64,000 nt of DNA from contig CAWVVV010000001.1 of NCBI GenBank assembly GCA_963933835.1, positions 192,001-256,000 on the forward strand, written 5' to 3'. The notes below the pieces were generated by a model that saw nothing but the letters and a program-made list of their open reading frames with translations, was not told where the DNA came from and ran no database searches. Both the position numbers and the translations under genes were made by a program. The number at the start of each line of letters is the position of its first letter. Position 1 is the first letter of the stretch. The stretch comes from an uncultured Puniceicoccaceae bacterium. GTDB lineage: Bacteria > Verrucomicrobiota > Verrucomicrobiia > Opitutales > Oceanipulchritudinaceae. Shown one piece after another: positions 28,508 to 38,979 of this stretch.

Positions 28508-29941
28508 ATGGATTTTGCGGACATTGTTTCGAAAGTGAATGAGATCATCTGGAGTCCCCCACTCGTCATTCTCTGTATGGGCGCTGGGGTTTTCTTCACT
28601 TTCGCCACCCGTTTTGTGCAGGTGCGCCACCTCCCAAGCCTTTCGAGGGTGCTTTTCGGGAGCCCCGCGTCTGCTCAGGGAATCAGTTCCTTCCAAGCCT
28701 TCTCACTCGCCGTCTCGGGTCGGGTGGGAACGGGCAACATCGCCGGTGTCGCTGGAGCGATCGCAGCTGGTGGGCCCGGGGCGGTGTTCTGGATGTGGCT
28801 GATTGCTTTTGTCGGCTCCGGCTCAGCTTACGTCGAAGCTGCCCTCGCGCAGATTTACAAGAAGAAGGTCGACGGCCAATATCGAGGGGGCCCCGCCTAC
28901 TACATCGAGAAAGGCATGAAGACGAAGGTCTACGCATCGGTCTTCGCCGTTGCGACGATCATCGGCTGTGGCCTCTGCCTGCCGACCGTGCAGTCGAACA
29001 GTATTGGCGAGGCGATGGCGAACGCCTTTGCGATACCCACATGGGTTAGCGGCGTCGTGGTCGCGCTTGGGATCGGTCTCATCATCGTTGGAGGGATCAA
29101 GCGCATCGGGCTCGCGGTGCAGATGATCGTTCCCGTCATGGCGGTCGGCTACATGCTCGTTGCCCTCGTTGTGATCGCGATGAACATCACCGAAATACCC
29201 GCTGCTTTTGGACTTATTTTTAGGAGCGCCTTTGGGATGGAAGCGACGTATGGCGGGATTGTCGGCAGCGCGATCGCCTTCGGAGTAAAGCGTGGCATCT
29301 ATTCAAACGAAGCAGGTCAAGGCACCGCTCCGATGGCAGCCGCAGCAGCAGAAGTTGAACACCCTGCTCAGCAGGGGCTCGTCCAAGCATTCTCGATCTA
29401 TTTCGACACCTGGATGGTCTGCACCGCGACAGCGCTGATGATCATTTCCACGGGAAGCTACAATGTCCTCGACGGCGCCGGAGGCTTTTTACGCGAACAG
29501 CTTCCCGGCATCACCGACGGTCCAGCCTACACTCAAGTTGCGGTCGACAGCGTCATCCCAAATTTCGGCGGGGCCTTCGTCGCCATTGCCCTCCTCTTCT
29601 TTGCCTTCACCACCACCCTCGCTTACTATTACTACACCGAAAACAACGTTGCCTACCTCATCCCTGAAAAGAGCAAGTGGCGCAAACCGGCCTACGCCGT
29701 CGTCAAATTAGCCTTTCTCGGAGGTGTCGTCTTTGGAGCAGTGAACAGCGCCAGCCTCGTCTGGCAGCTCGGTGACATCGGCGTAGGCCTGATGGCATGG
29801 GTCAACATCATTGCCATCCTCATCCTCACGAAACCCGCTATTCGCTGCCTGCGACACTACGAGGCACAGCTCAAAGCCGGCAAAGAACCCTCATTCAAAG
29901 GTTCTGACATCGGTCTTGAGGATCTCGACCACTGGAACTAG
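28508..29941 (+). CDS. Alanine/glycine:cation symporter (AGCS family)
   Basis: GISSFQA, RVGTGNIAGVA, GGPGAVFWMW, RGGPAYY and RGIYSNEAGQG. Confidence 0.93.
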   Translation: MDFADIVSKVNEIIWSPPLVILCMGAGVFFTFATRFVQVRHLPSLSRVLFGSPASAQGISSFQAFSLAVSGRVGTGNIAGVAGAIAAGGPGAVFWMWLIAFVGSGSAYVEAALAQIYKKKVDGQYRGGPAYYIEKGMKTKVYASVFAVATIIGCGLCLPTVQSNSIGEAMANAFAIPTWVSGVVVALGIGLIIVGGIKRIGLAVQMIVPVMAVGYMLVALVVIAMNITEIPAAFGLIFRSAFGMEATYGGIVGSAIAFGVKRGIYSNEAGQGTAPMAAAAAEVEHPAQQGLVQAFSIYFDTWMVCTATALMIISTGSYNVLDGAGGFLREQLPGITDGPAYTQVAVDSVIPNFGGAFVAIALLFFAFTTTLAYYYYTENNVAYLIPEKSKWRKPAYAVVKLAFLGGVVFGAVNSASLVWQLGDIGVGLMAWVNIIAILILTKPAIRCLRHYEAQLKAGKEPSFKGSDIGLEDLDHWN

Positions 29942-30065
29942 GCCCTAGAGTATAACGACCATAGAAGCCCAGTAGATAACAGGGCGGACGGATATCTGTA
30001 GCCCTACTCTGCTTTCCTAGATCGACTCTGCCCTCCGGCACCCCTCGCTGACACCAACAAGCAAT

Positions 30066-30082
30066 ATGACAATTTTGTCACA
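30066..30082 (+). promoter_or_regulatory. Candidate regulator site (palindrome / Pho-box-like) upstream of the VTC operon
   Basis: TGACAA-tt-TTGTCA palindrome; ATGAC (30066) and GTCAC (30077) are 11 bp apart. Confidence 0.45.
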
Positions 30083-30161
30083 AATAGATTGAGAATAAAT
30101 TCACATTCTGAGCCAATAATCCCCAACATGAAGTCCAAGCGGGCTTTGGGAACAGTGGGCC

Positions 30162-30941
30162 ATGGTAAATTTTCAACGCAATACAGTACAAAATAATCAG
30201 CTTGAGTCTTATCTAAAAGACTTCAGCCGTGTCAGCTTAGATGAGATCAAGAATGTCGAATTGATGAATCGTATCGACTCAAAGTGCTGGTTCGCAGTTG
30301 AGCTCTTGCCCGCTATCCTCACCGAGATCGCCCCCTACTACGACCTCCTCGCAATCGAAAATGAGTCAGTCCAAGTCTACAAAAACACCTACTACGACAC
30401 TGTCGATGACACCTTTTACCTCGACCACCAGAACAGCCGTGCAAAGCGGGTAAAAGTAAGGAAACGTGAATACGTTGGTTCCAAGCTGCAATTCCTTGAA
30501 GTAAAACATAAAACAAACAAGGGCTTAACGAAGAAACGCCGAATCGATACAGCATCCAGCACGTCAGATTTTCCTGAGAATGAAAGAGACTTCCTCAACC
30601 GATTTATCGAGGAATCGCCTGAGAGCTTAGATGCGGTCCTTCAGAATCGATTCAACCGGATCACCCTAATACACAAGAACCTCCAAGAGAGGTGCACGAT
30701 CGATTTTAATCTCACATTCATTCACGAGGACAGTAAAACCTCCCTCAAACAGCTCGTCATCATCGAACTCAAACACGGCGTCCGTGGCGTCAAAAGCGAG
30801 CTATCTCGTGCCTTAAAAAGCCACCGTATTCCCTTCAATGGCTTTAGCAAATACTGCCTTGGCAGAGCACTCATGGAACCCAATTTGAAACAAAATCGCC
30901 TAAAACATACTTTATTAGAGATCAGGAAGATCCAAAGTTAA
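30162..30941 (+). CDS. VTC-domain (polyphosphate polymerase-like, CYTH fold) protein
   Basis: LMNRIDSK, YYDT, KRVKVRKREY, FLEVKHK, ERCTIDFNL, IIELK and FSKYC. Confidence 0.85.
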   Translation: MVNFQRNTVQNNQLESYLKDFSRVSLDEIKNVELMNRIDSKCWFAVELLPAILTEIAPYYDLLAIENESVQVYKNTYYDTVDDTFYLDHQNSRAKRVKVRKREYVGSKLQFLEVKHKTNKGLTKKRRIDTASSTSDFPENERDFLNRFIEESPESLDAVLQNRFNRITLIHKNLQERCTIDFNLTFIHEDSKTSLKQLVIIELKHGVRGVKSELSRALKSHRIPFNGFSKYCLGRALMEPNLKQNRLKHTLLEIRKIQS

Positions 30942-30943
30942 GG

Positions 30944-31588
30944 ATGGAAACAATCACTACACAACTCATGGAATTTCCGCTCCAACTTCTCGTTCACCTA
31001 GCGTCACTCTTCGCCGTCGTCTTCTTTCTCTATCAGAAAAAAATCGGGAGCAAAGAATTCTGCTTTAGCTATGTCGCTATTGGAGTCGTTGTCTTCGCTC
31101 TCTGCTTCCTCCTCGAACGCGTAAAACTCGAACTCGGCTTCGCCCTCGGGCTTTTCGCGATTTTTGGTATCATCCGCTACCGAACGATCACGATCCCGAT
31201 CAAGGAGATGACCTATCTTTTTGTCATCATCGGCATCTCCGTCATCAATGCACTCTCGGATGAGTCGATCAGTATCCTCCTCCTTTCGTCTGCGAATGCG
31301 GGTATCTTTATCTGTCTAGCACTCCTCGAAGCCTTTTTGGCCAAAAGCAGTGAACGCTCGATTCTAGTCCGATACGAAAAGATCGAAAACCTCCAAAAAG
31401 ATCGCCGAGATGAACTCATTTCAGACCTCGTAGAGCGCACTGGCATTGATGTAAAAAGCGTAAGGACTGAAAGTGTTGATTTCCTCCGAGACACCGCCGA
31501 CCTCCGCGTCTACTTCGAAGACCAACCTCAAAAACCAGAGACCGTAGCCGATGCGCCTTCTGCTCTTAGCTCTTATAGCGACAAGTAA
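30944..31588 (+). CDS. DUF4956 membrane protein
   Basis: LGFALGLFAIFGIIRYRT..IPIKEMTYLF; 2 bp downstream of the VTC gene. Confidence 0.85.
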   Translation: METITTQLMEFPLQLLVHLASLFAVVFFLYQKKIGSKEFCFSYVAIGVVVFALCFLLERVKLELGFALGLFAIFGIIRYRTITIPIKEMTYLFVIIGISVINALSDESISILLLSSANAGIFICLALLEAFLAKSSERSILVRYEKIENLQKDRRDELISDLVERTGIDVKSVRTESVDFLRDTADLRVYFEDQPQKPETVADAPSALSSYSDK

Positions 31589-32168
31589 TCCCCTCGCTGC
31601 GGCCAATCGCATCTACATCGGGAGCAGCCTATCGACAGAGTTCTTAGAAGGCCTCGAATTCGAAGTTGCACCTGAGTGGAGATCAGAGCCGAGCAGTAAC
31701 ACTGAGAAATATCAGGCGGACATTTCTCTATCCTACGAGCTGCTAAAACAGCTCAAGCTGGGCATTGGATATCGTATTGGAACGACGGATACAGATGGAG
31801 AGCGCTCAGATCATGATCGCTACAATTTAGATACAAAATACTCACTGAAATGGGAAAACCTGACCACCCAATTGCGCCTACGCTATACGGATGGAAATGA
31901 TGAAGAAGGCGAAGACAAGAAATACATCCGCTACCGCGTAAAGTTTACTTACAACCTCAAGGAGCTGAACCTAAGCCCCTACATTGCATACGAGTATTAC
32001 GACAGTCTTGATCTCAACACCGGTAAAAACCGCCACGTCTACATCGGAGGCATCGGCTTCGAATTGTCCGAACGACAAGATCTCTCGATCGGCTACCGCT
32101 GGGTCGATAAGATACAGTCGAAGAAAGACTACGGTGTCATGCAAACAGCCTACGATTTTAGCTTTTAA
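31551..32168 (+). CDS. DUF2490-like outer-membrane beta-barrel protein
   Basis: Signal peptide, alternating beta strands, RYRVKFTYN, LSPYIAYE and terminal YDFSF. Confidence 0.7.
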   Translation: MRLLLLALIATSNPLAAANRIYIGSSLSTEFLEGLEFEVAPEWRSEPSSNTEKYQADISLSYELLKQLKLGIGYRIGTTDTDGERSDHDRYNLDTKYSLKWENLTTQLRLRYTDGNDEEGEDKKYIRYRVKFTYNLKELNLSPYIAYEYYDSLDLNTGKNRHVYIGGIGFELSERQDLSIGYRWVDKIQSKKDYGVMQTAYDFSF

Positions 32169-32289
32169 TTCATTTAGCGGTATTCCATTCAATCCTTGTA
32201 GCAGCTGGAAATCTAGCCGGCGCTAGATAAACCTCAACGGAATCACAAGTGGCATTGCCATTTGCGAAATTCAAATCAAGTTTCCTCTC

Positions 32290-32844
32290 ATGATCGACAA
32301 TGAACGCACCCTAACCAGCGACGTCCCTGCGACGATCGTGCCGTATGGAGATCAAGTCGTTATCCCGGCTGAGACCGTCGTCACGATTACACACCGACTC
32401 GGGGGCAATTTCACCGTCACCTGGAGTGGTGGTATGGCGCAGATCAACGGAGTCCATGCCGAGGCCCTAGGTGAGGAATCGACCGCTCCTAGTTCCGGAG
32501 CGAGCACAACCACCAGCCACGAAGGGCCGCCGACCGAAGAAATGATTTGGGATGCGCTACGAGGCGTCTTTGATCCCGAAATCCCTGTCAATATCGTCGA
32601 TCTCGGATTGATCTACAACATGACGATCGAAGAAGGCGACGCGGACAACACCTGGACGGTCAAAGTCGATATGACTCTCACTGCGCCCGGCTGCGGAATG
32701 GGGCCTGCAATCGCCCAAGACGCGAAGATGAAGATTCAAGCGATCGCCAGCGTGCCAGAAGCCGCTGTCGACATCGTCTGGGATCCGCCATGGCATCAGG
32801 ACATGATCAGCGAAGCGGGTAAGATGGAACTAGGGCTTCTTTAA
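32290..32844 (+). CDS. sufT: Fe-S cluster assembly protein SufT (DUF59)
   Basis: FDPEIPVNIVDLGLIY, MTLTAPGCGMG and WDPPW. Confidence 0.9.
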   Translation: MIDNERTLTSDVPATIVPYGDQVVIPAETVVTITHRLGGNFTVTWSGGMAQINGVHAEALGEESTAPSSGASTTTSHEGPPTEEMIWDALRGVFDPEIPVNIVDLGLIYNMTIEEGDADNTWTVKVDMTLTAPGCGMGPAIAQDAKMKIQAIASVPEAAVDIVWDPPWHQDMISEAGKMELGLL

Positions 32845-32862
32845 CCCCCCAGCAGTCAAAGC

Positions 32863-33342
32863 ATGCCAGTCTACCGCGTTCTCTTCGTTTGTATGGGAAA
32901 CATCTGTCGCTCGCCGGCTGGTGAGGGCATCTTCCGTCACCTCGTAGAGCGTGATGGCCTGTCAGACACGATCGCCTACGACTCCGCCGGCACGATTGGC
33001 TTTCACGAAGGTAATCCGCCCGACAGTCGAATGCGAGCAGCTGCCTTGAAGCGTGGTGTTGAGCTCGTCAGTCAGGCCCGACAAATCCGGCAAACAGATT
33101 TGGACACTTTTGATCTCATCCTCACAATGGACGACGAGAACTATGGAAACGTCCAAGCGCTCGCGCAGACCGACGAGCATCTCAAAAAAGTCCGACGCTT
33201 TTGCGCGTACTGCACCGACCATTCCGAAACTGAAGTGCCCGATCCCTACTACGGTGGCGCCCGCGGTTTCGAGCACGTCCTCGATCTACTCGAAGATGGA
33301 TGTGAACAGGTTTTGAAAGAAGCGATCGAAGAAATCTCCTGA
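32863..33342 (+). CDS. Low-molecular-weight protein phosphatase
   Basis: FVCMGNICRSP P-loop, DSAGT and VPDPYYG. Confidence 0.93.
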   Translation: MPVYRVLFVCMGNICRSPAGEGIFRHLVERDGLSDTIAYDSAGTIGFHEGNPPDSRMRAAALKRGVELVSQARQIRQTDLDTFDLILTMDDENYGNVQALAQTDEHLKKVRRFCAYCTDHSETEVPDPYYGGARGFEHVLDLLEDGCEQVLKEAIEEIS

Positions 33343-33353
33343 GGGATTCTGCT

Positions 33354-34219
33354 ATGTGGTCCGACATCGCTGCCGCTATCACAGAACACACCGGTCAACT
33401 CTTCGAGCTAGAGGACACACGTCCTGTAGATGGAGGCTGCATCAATGAGTCTTACCGAATTGAGGCTAAAGACAGCCGTCGATTCTTTGTAAAAACGAAT
33501 GCGTCTGATGCTCAGGAAATGTTCTCCCGCGAGATGAGTTCCCTCAGAATTTTGCGAGAGACTCAAAGTATCTTCCTTCCAAAGCCTCTGAAAACGGGGT
33601 TATCCGATAATAAGGCCTATCTAATTCTCGAATACATCGACCTTGGGGGCACGGAGAAGCCAGCGCTAATGGGCCAACAGCTCGCTAGGCTTCACCTCAA
33701 CAACGGCGAGCAATATGGCTGGCATGAGGACAACTTCATCGGACTCACTCCCCAGAAGAACACCACGAACTACGACTGGATCGATTTCTATCGCTCGGAA
33801 CGACTCGCATACCAACTCCGCCTCAACCACGACAAAGGCCATCGCTACGAGCACGGGACTGCTCTTCTCGATAAAATCGAAGCCTTCTTTTCCGGCTATA
33901 CCCCAGTGCCATCGCTCCTTCATGGTGATTTCTGGACAGGCAATGCCGCCTACACTCAAAACGGATTTCCAGTCCTCTTCGATCCGGCTTCATACTACGG
34001 AGACCGCGAAACTGACCTCGCAATGACAGAGCTCTTCGGCGGCTTTTCACCAGAACTCTATGAGGCATATACAATGCGACATGGCCACTGGATGATGGCT
34101 ACACTCAGCGCAAGCCCCTCTACCAGCTCTATCATGTTTTGAATCACGCCTACCTTTTCGGCGGCAGCTACTACGCGCAGGCTGATCGCCTCATCAACAG
34201 GCTATACGCCTCTGTCTAG
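33354..34219 (+). pseudogene. Fructosamine/ribulosamine kinase family protein, frameshifted near the C-terminus
   Basis: GGCINES, DNFIG, LLHGDFW and FDPASYYGDRETDLA. An extra TA near 34068 shifts the frame; the native tail (PLDDGY..RKPLYQLYHVLNHAYLFGGSY) continues to TAG 34217-34219. Confidence 0.85.
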
Positions 34220-34224
34220 AGAGC

Positions 34225-36972
34225 CTACGCCTGAGCCCAGATCAGCCGGACAGCGTCCTCGCGAGCATCGGCAGTTTTCAGAACGTCGAGAACAGATAGT
34301 TTTTCAGCTTCAAGACGCTGCACTTCAACCGGATCGACGTGATCGTTAAGACGACTCAGTAGATGCAGGCGCTCGATCTCCGCGTCATAGGAACTCTCCG
34401 CTTTTATTAATGCATCAGCATAGACTTTTTTGGCCGTCAGTTCACTCCACTCCTTCGACCGTTCAAGCATCACAGGTAGTAGTCTTTTCCTTACAGCCCC
34501 CTTTTCAAGAATCGGACGCGGATCTCCATCGACGAGATCTCGATCTGCCCAGAGCACGTCATCAAGTTCTTCACCCGTATGATCAACGACGATACGGAAG
34601 GGCTCGGGCGGCAAGAATCTATCCACGTGCAAATCCTTCGGAGCAACCACCTCGATAACAAACCAGACTTCGAGAAAAACGCCGTCACTCGGAGCATCAG
34701 GCCAAATTGCAAAAGAGGAGTTGCCGTTCTCACTTCCGAGCAACTGGTCAAACGCAGCATTCAGGAGAGGATGATCTGCCGAGAAGAAAATAAGGTCCTC
34801 ACGGGCGATCGCTTCGCTGCGATCGAAGGTCACCGTCATGCCCTGCTCCGGAAGTCCAGGAAGCGTTTCGGCCATCAATACCCCCGGTGCCAACCGGTAG
34901 CGACGGGGAGCTAAATCCTTAATATTCAAACCGCAGGCATCAAAAACACCCAGGGCATACTTTTCGAAACTAGGATCAGATCCAAATTCATTGATCACCG
35001 AGATCAGCTCTTCGGCTTCGCGCTGTGCTTCAGGATGAACACCCAAAAGGCGGTCACGACCATCCGCCAGCTGTAGTCGAAATGCCGCTACACTCTCTAC
35101 TGCTTCTGAAATAATCGCCGCGAGCTCTCCTTCATTCATGGGGGCTCCCATAGCATCAAGCCGCGGACCGAAGGTCTCCCCGAAGCCATGCCCGCCGGGT
35201 AGACAAGTTTCAAATGCCTGAAGGCCTTCATGATACCAGCGCACCCAAGCTTCTTCCTGCGAACCCTTGATATATGGCACGTGAAGACGGATCGTTTCCG
35301 ACTGTCCAATTCGATCCAAGCGCCCGATTCTTTGCTCAAGCAACTCAGGTGCCGGTGGCACATCGAACAAAACCAAATGGTGCGCGAATTGAAAATTGCG
35401 ACCTTCACTCCCGATCTCGGAACACACGAGTAAGCGAGCGCCCTCTGGGTCAGAAAAGTAGGCTGCTTGGCGATCTCGTTGGATCAGAGTAAGGCCTTCA
35501 TGGAAGACCCCCATCGGCACGCGCACCTGTCGTTCGACCGCTGCCATGATCGTTTCAGCCATCTCTCGCGTATGCACAATGAGAAGCACTTTTGCCTCCT
35601 TCAACTCGGCCAGCAGATCGACCAACCAGCGAATCTTAGCGCTGAAGTGGACGCTATCGTCCTTCGCTTCAAGCGGGTGCAAGATCGCTTTTCTTTTCGG
35701 GAATCCACCCAGTGCACCACGCGTCGAACGGAAGAGGACGCGACCAGGACCAAAGGCATCGATCAAGCGAGAGACCACGGCCTCACTGGTGCGCGATACG
35801 CCATCCGGCCATTCGTCTAGAAGTCGGGCAACAACACTATCGCCCTTAGCCATCTTCGCGAAAGCCTTCTTCGAAAGACTCGCCGATGGACCCGTCTCGA
35901 GTTTTTCGACGAGGTCGGCAACGACATGGTAGCCCTGTGCCTCATATTCAAAAGCCGTCATTTCGGTAAAGCGATCTGGATCAAGGAGGCGTAGGCGTGC
36001 AAAGTGGCCAGCGGCGCCCAGTTGCTCGGGTGTCGCCGTGAGCAGAAGCAGGCCGGCGGTCTGCCGTGAGAGCTGATCAACGATTACATACGCGGGACTT
36101 GCAGCCTCTGGACTCCATTCCAAGTGGTGCGCTTCATCCACTACGAGCATGTCCCACGGGGTACTCAGCACCGCTTCGGCTACAGCAGGGGCAGACACGA
36201 TAAAATCCTGACTGACAATAATCCACTGCTCTTCAAGAAAAGGGTTTCGCTCACGATCGTGGCGCTGAATCTCTTCAAAGCGCTCTTCGTCAAAAAGGCT
36301 GAAAGAGAGGTTAAATCGCCTCAGCAATTCGATAAACCATTGGTGTATGAGAGAATCGGGTACAACGATGAGGATACGTTCCGCCTGATGAGTGAGGAGC
36401 ATGCGATGGAGGACGAGACACGCTTCAATCGTTTTCCCCAGGCCCACCTCATCCGCTAAGAGGGCACGAGGCCCCGCCAAGCGAAGCACCGCACTGGCGG
36501 TTGCAAGCTGATGCGGTAATAGCTGAATACGCGCTCCGAGGTAGCCCCGGGCTTTCGAACACCGCCACTGGGCCCGTCGCTTGAGAGAATCGATTCGCAG
36601 GTCGTAGGTTTCGCGGTCGTCTATCATGCCCGCTTTGAGCCTTTCTTCCGGCCGACTGAATCGAATCGTGTCCGACAGTTCACACTCGGGAACAACCGCC
36701 TCAGGGGTGATATAAACGAAGCAACCGTTCAGCTCCTGTACTTCATCGACCGTAAGACCACTAGCGCTCCGAGACTGAATCACGTCTCCAACCTCAAACT
36801 GCACCCGGCGAAGCGGCGCCGATGAGAGGGCAAAGAGGCGTTTCTCGCCCGCCGCTCGGAACTCCAGCTCGATCCGGCCGTATTCGCAGCTCAAGACCGT
36901 TCCAAGCCCAAGCTCAGGTTCGGCTTCACTGGCCCACCGCTGGCCGGGGACGATTTTAGTTGGAGTCGACAT
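34225..36972 (-). CDS. rapA: RNA polymerase-associated SNF2-type ATPase RapA
   Basis: GQRWASEAEPELGLG, LADEVGLGKTIEA, DEAHH, TATPEQ, SEIGSEGRNFQF and EQRIGRLDRIGQ. Confidence 0.95.
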   Translation of the reverse strand: MSTPTKIVPGQRWASEAEPELGLGTVLSCEYGRIELEFRAAGEKRLFALSSAPLRRVQFEVGDVIQSRSASGLTVDEVQELNGCFVYITPEAVVPECELSDTIRFSRPEERLKAGMIDDRETYDLRIDSLKRRAQWRCSKARGYLGARIQLLPHQLATASAVLRLAGPRALLADEVGLGKTIEACLVLHRMLLTHQAERILIVVPDSLIHQWFIELLRRFNLSFSLFDEERFEEIQRHDRERNPFLEEQWIIVSQDFIVSAPAVAEAVLSTPWDMLVVDEAHHLEWSPEAASPAYVIVDQLSRQTAGLLLLTATPEQLGAAGHFARLRLLDPDRFTEMTAFEYEAQGYHVVADLVEKLETGPSASLSKKAFAKMAKGDSVVARLLDEWPDGVSRTSEAVVSRLIDAFGPGRVLFRSTRGALGGFPKRKAILHPLEAKDDSVHFSAKIRWLVDLLAELKEAKVLLIVHTREMAETIMAAVERQVRVPMGVFHEGLTLIQRDRQAAYFSDPEGARLLVCSEIGSEGRNFQFAHHLVLFDVPPAPELLEQRIGRLDRIGQSETIRLHVPYIKGSQEEAWVRWYHEGLQAFETCLPGGHGFGETFGPRLDAMGAPMNEGELAAIISEAVESVAAFRLQLADGRDRLLGVHPEAQREAEELISVINEFGSDPSFEKYALGVFDACGLNIKDLAPRRYRLAPGVLMAETLPGLPEQGMTVTFDRSEAIAREDLIFFSADHPLLNAAFDQLLGSENGNSSFAIWPDAPSDGVFLEVWFVIEVVAPKDLHVDRFLPPEPFRIVVDHTGEELDDVLWADRDLVDGDPRPILEKGAVRKRLLPVMLERSKEWSELTAKKVYADALIKAESSYDAEIERLHLLSRLNDHVDPVEVQRLEAEKLSVLDVLKTADAREDAVRLIWAQA

Positions 36973-37092
36973 CACGGACAGTCTTCGCACGTCCGATCGT
37001 GTCGCAAGAACTAGATGCTCCAAAAGGCTCCTCTCTTAGCAAAAGGCGATTACGAGATTGCCCTCGCGGAAGCCATATGGATTTTTCAAGGC

Positions 37093-38130
37093 ATGGAGAC
37101 GCCCTTGCGTTACCTTGGTGAATGGGAACGACACGACGCGGTTTGGCTTGCATGGCCAAGCAACCAAGCCCCATGGGGTGAAACACCTCCGGAAGCCGTT
37201 CAAGCCGAGTTTACTGCCTTCTGTCATGCAATTGCAGATCCTGACGCCAATACTGGAAAACTCAGAGGTGAGCCCCTCAACATCCTCGTCCCTCATCTCG
37301 AGGCAGAAAACGCCGCTAGGGCAGCCATGGGTAACCTCAATGCAACCTATCACCCGATTCCATACGGCGATATTTGGCTACGAGATACCGGGCCTATTTT
37401 CATCAAACAGGGCCATCAAAGGCAGGCTACCGCTTTTCGTTTTAATGGTTGGGGCCAAAAGTTTATCTACCCAAACGATGATACGGTTGCGGTAAATATC
37501 GCGCGGGCCAGCGGCGATCCACCCATCGAGAAAAATTGGATTCTTGAAGGCGGTTCGATCGAATCCGATGGAGAAGGGACACTCCTCACAACGGAGGAAT
37601 GCCTCCTCAACCCAAACCGGAATCCGACCCTTTCGCGCACTGAGATCGAAGCCAATCTCCGCGAGGACATCGGCGCCTCAAAAGTGCTCTGGCTCAAACA
37701 AGGGCTCATTGGCGATCACACCGATGGGCATATCGACAACGTGGCCCGCTTCATCGCCCCGGGGCGCGTCGTCTGCATGGCTTCTAGTGATCCGCTCGAT
37801 CCGAACCACGATCGCCTACGCTCAATTCAAAAGGAACTAGGAAGGATGACGGATGCGAAAGGACGCCGCCTTGACCTTTCGACCGTTCCATCGCCTGGCC
37901 GTGTCTACGACCGCGAGCGCAAACTCATGCCTGCGAGCTATCTGAATTTCTACCTCTCGAACAGTCGCGTCATTGTCCCGACGTATCAAAGTTCCTATGA
38001 CAGCGCAGTCGTCCAAGCATTTCAGAGCTTATTTCCAGAGCGAGAAGTGATCGGCTCTCCGAGTTGGAACATCTTGCATGGGGGCGGATCCTTTCATTGC
38101 ATTACCCAACACGTCCCCACCCTCCCATGA
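37093..38130 (+). CDS. aguA: Agmatine deiminase
   Basis: EWERHDAVWLAWP, WLRDTGP, LEGGSI, DHTDGHIDN and GGGSFHCITQ. Confidence 0.92.
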   Translation: METPLRYLGEWERHDAVWLAWPSNQAPWGETPPEAVQAEFTAFCHAIADPDANTGKLRGEPLNILVPHLEAENAARAAMGNLNATYHPIPYGDIWLRDTGPIFIKQGHQRQATAFRFNGWGQKFIYPNDDTVAVNIARASGDPPIEKNWILEGGSIESDGEGTLLTTEECLLNPNRNPTLSRTEIEANLREDIGASKVLWLKQGLIGDHTDGHIDNVARFIAPGRVVCMASSDPLDPNHDRLRSIQKELGRMTDAKGRRLDLSTVPSPGRVYDRERKLMPASYLNFYLSNSRVIVPTYQSSYDSAVVQAFQSLFPEREVIGSPSWNILHGGGSFHCITQHVPTLP

Positions 38131-38966
38131 TCACCGTCGCAGCCATCCAGGAAGCCTTCTCTGAAGATATTGAGTCCAATTGTGCCCTGATCCAAGGCCA
38201 TGTTGCCGAAGCCGCAAATTCTGGAGCGCAGATCGTCCTGCCTCCTGAACTCTTTCAAGGTCACTACTTCTGCAAAACCGAAACGGCAGAGCCCTTTTCA
38301 ACCGCTTACGCGACGGAGAAACACCCTGTCGTCATCGCGATGCAGGAAGCAGCGAAAGCGCATGGCATCGCCATCCCGACTTCTTTTTTTGAGAAAGACG
38401 GCCCACACTATTACAACAGTCTCGCGATGATCGACGGCGACGGGACGATTCTTGGCGTCTACCGCAAAAGCCACATCCCCGATGGGCCCGGATACGAAGA
38501 GAAGTTCTACTTTCGCCCCGGCAATACGGGCTTTCGCGTCTGGGAAACTGGATACGGAACGATCGGTGTCGGCATCTGCTGGGATCAGTGGTTCCCTGAG
38601 TGTGCCCGTGCGATGACGCTAGCAGGCGCCGATATTCTCTTCTACCCCACTGCTATCGGCTCCGAACCCGAAGAACCCGACTTTGACACCGCCGCCCCAT
38701 GGCGCCGTGCAATGCAGGGGCATGCTGTCTGCAATGTCGCGCCCGTCGTCGCGGCCAACCGCATCGGAAATGAAGCTGGCCAAATTTTCTATGGAACGAG
38801 TTTTATTTGTGATCAATTTGGCGACATCATCACTGAAGCCGACCGCACCAAATCGACCCTTTTGAAAGCGACCTTCGATCTAGACCAGATCCGCGAGGAT
38901 CGTTCAACGATGGGCTTCTTCAGGGATCGCAGACCAGAACTATACACCGACCTGACCCAAACCTGA
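38127..38966 (+). CDS. aguB: N-carbamoylputrescine amidase
   Basis: PELF, YRKSHIPDGPGYEEKFYF, ICWDQWFPE and YPTAIGSEP; ATGA overlap with aguA. Confidence 0.93.
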   Translation: MITVAAIQEAFSEDIESNCALIQGHVAEAANSGAQIVLPPELFQGHYFCKTETAEPFSTAYATEKHPVVIAMQEAAKAHGIAIPTSFFEKDGPHYYNSLAMIDGDGTILGVYRKSHIPDGPGYEEKFYFRPGNTGFRVWETGYGTIGVGICWDQWFPECARAMTLAGADILFYPTAIGSEPEEPDFDTAAPWRRAMQGHAVCNVAPVVAANRIGNEAGQIFYGTSFICDQFGDIITEADRTKSTLLKATFDLDQIREDRSTMGFFRDRRPELYTDLTQT

Positions 38967-38979
38967 ATTCCAACAAACT

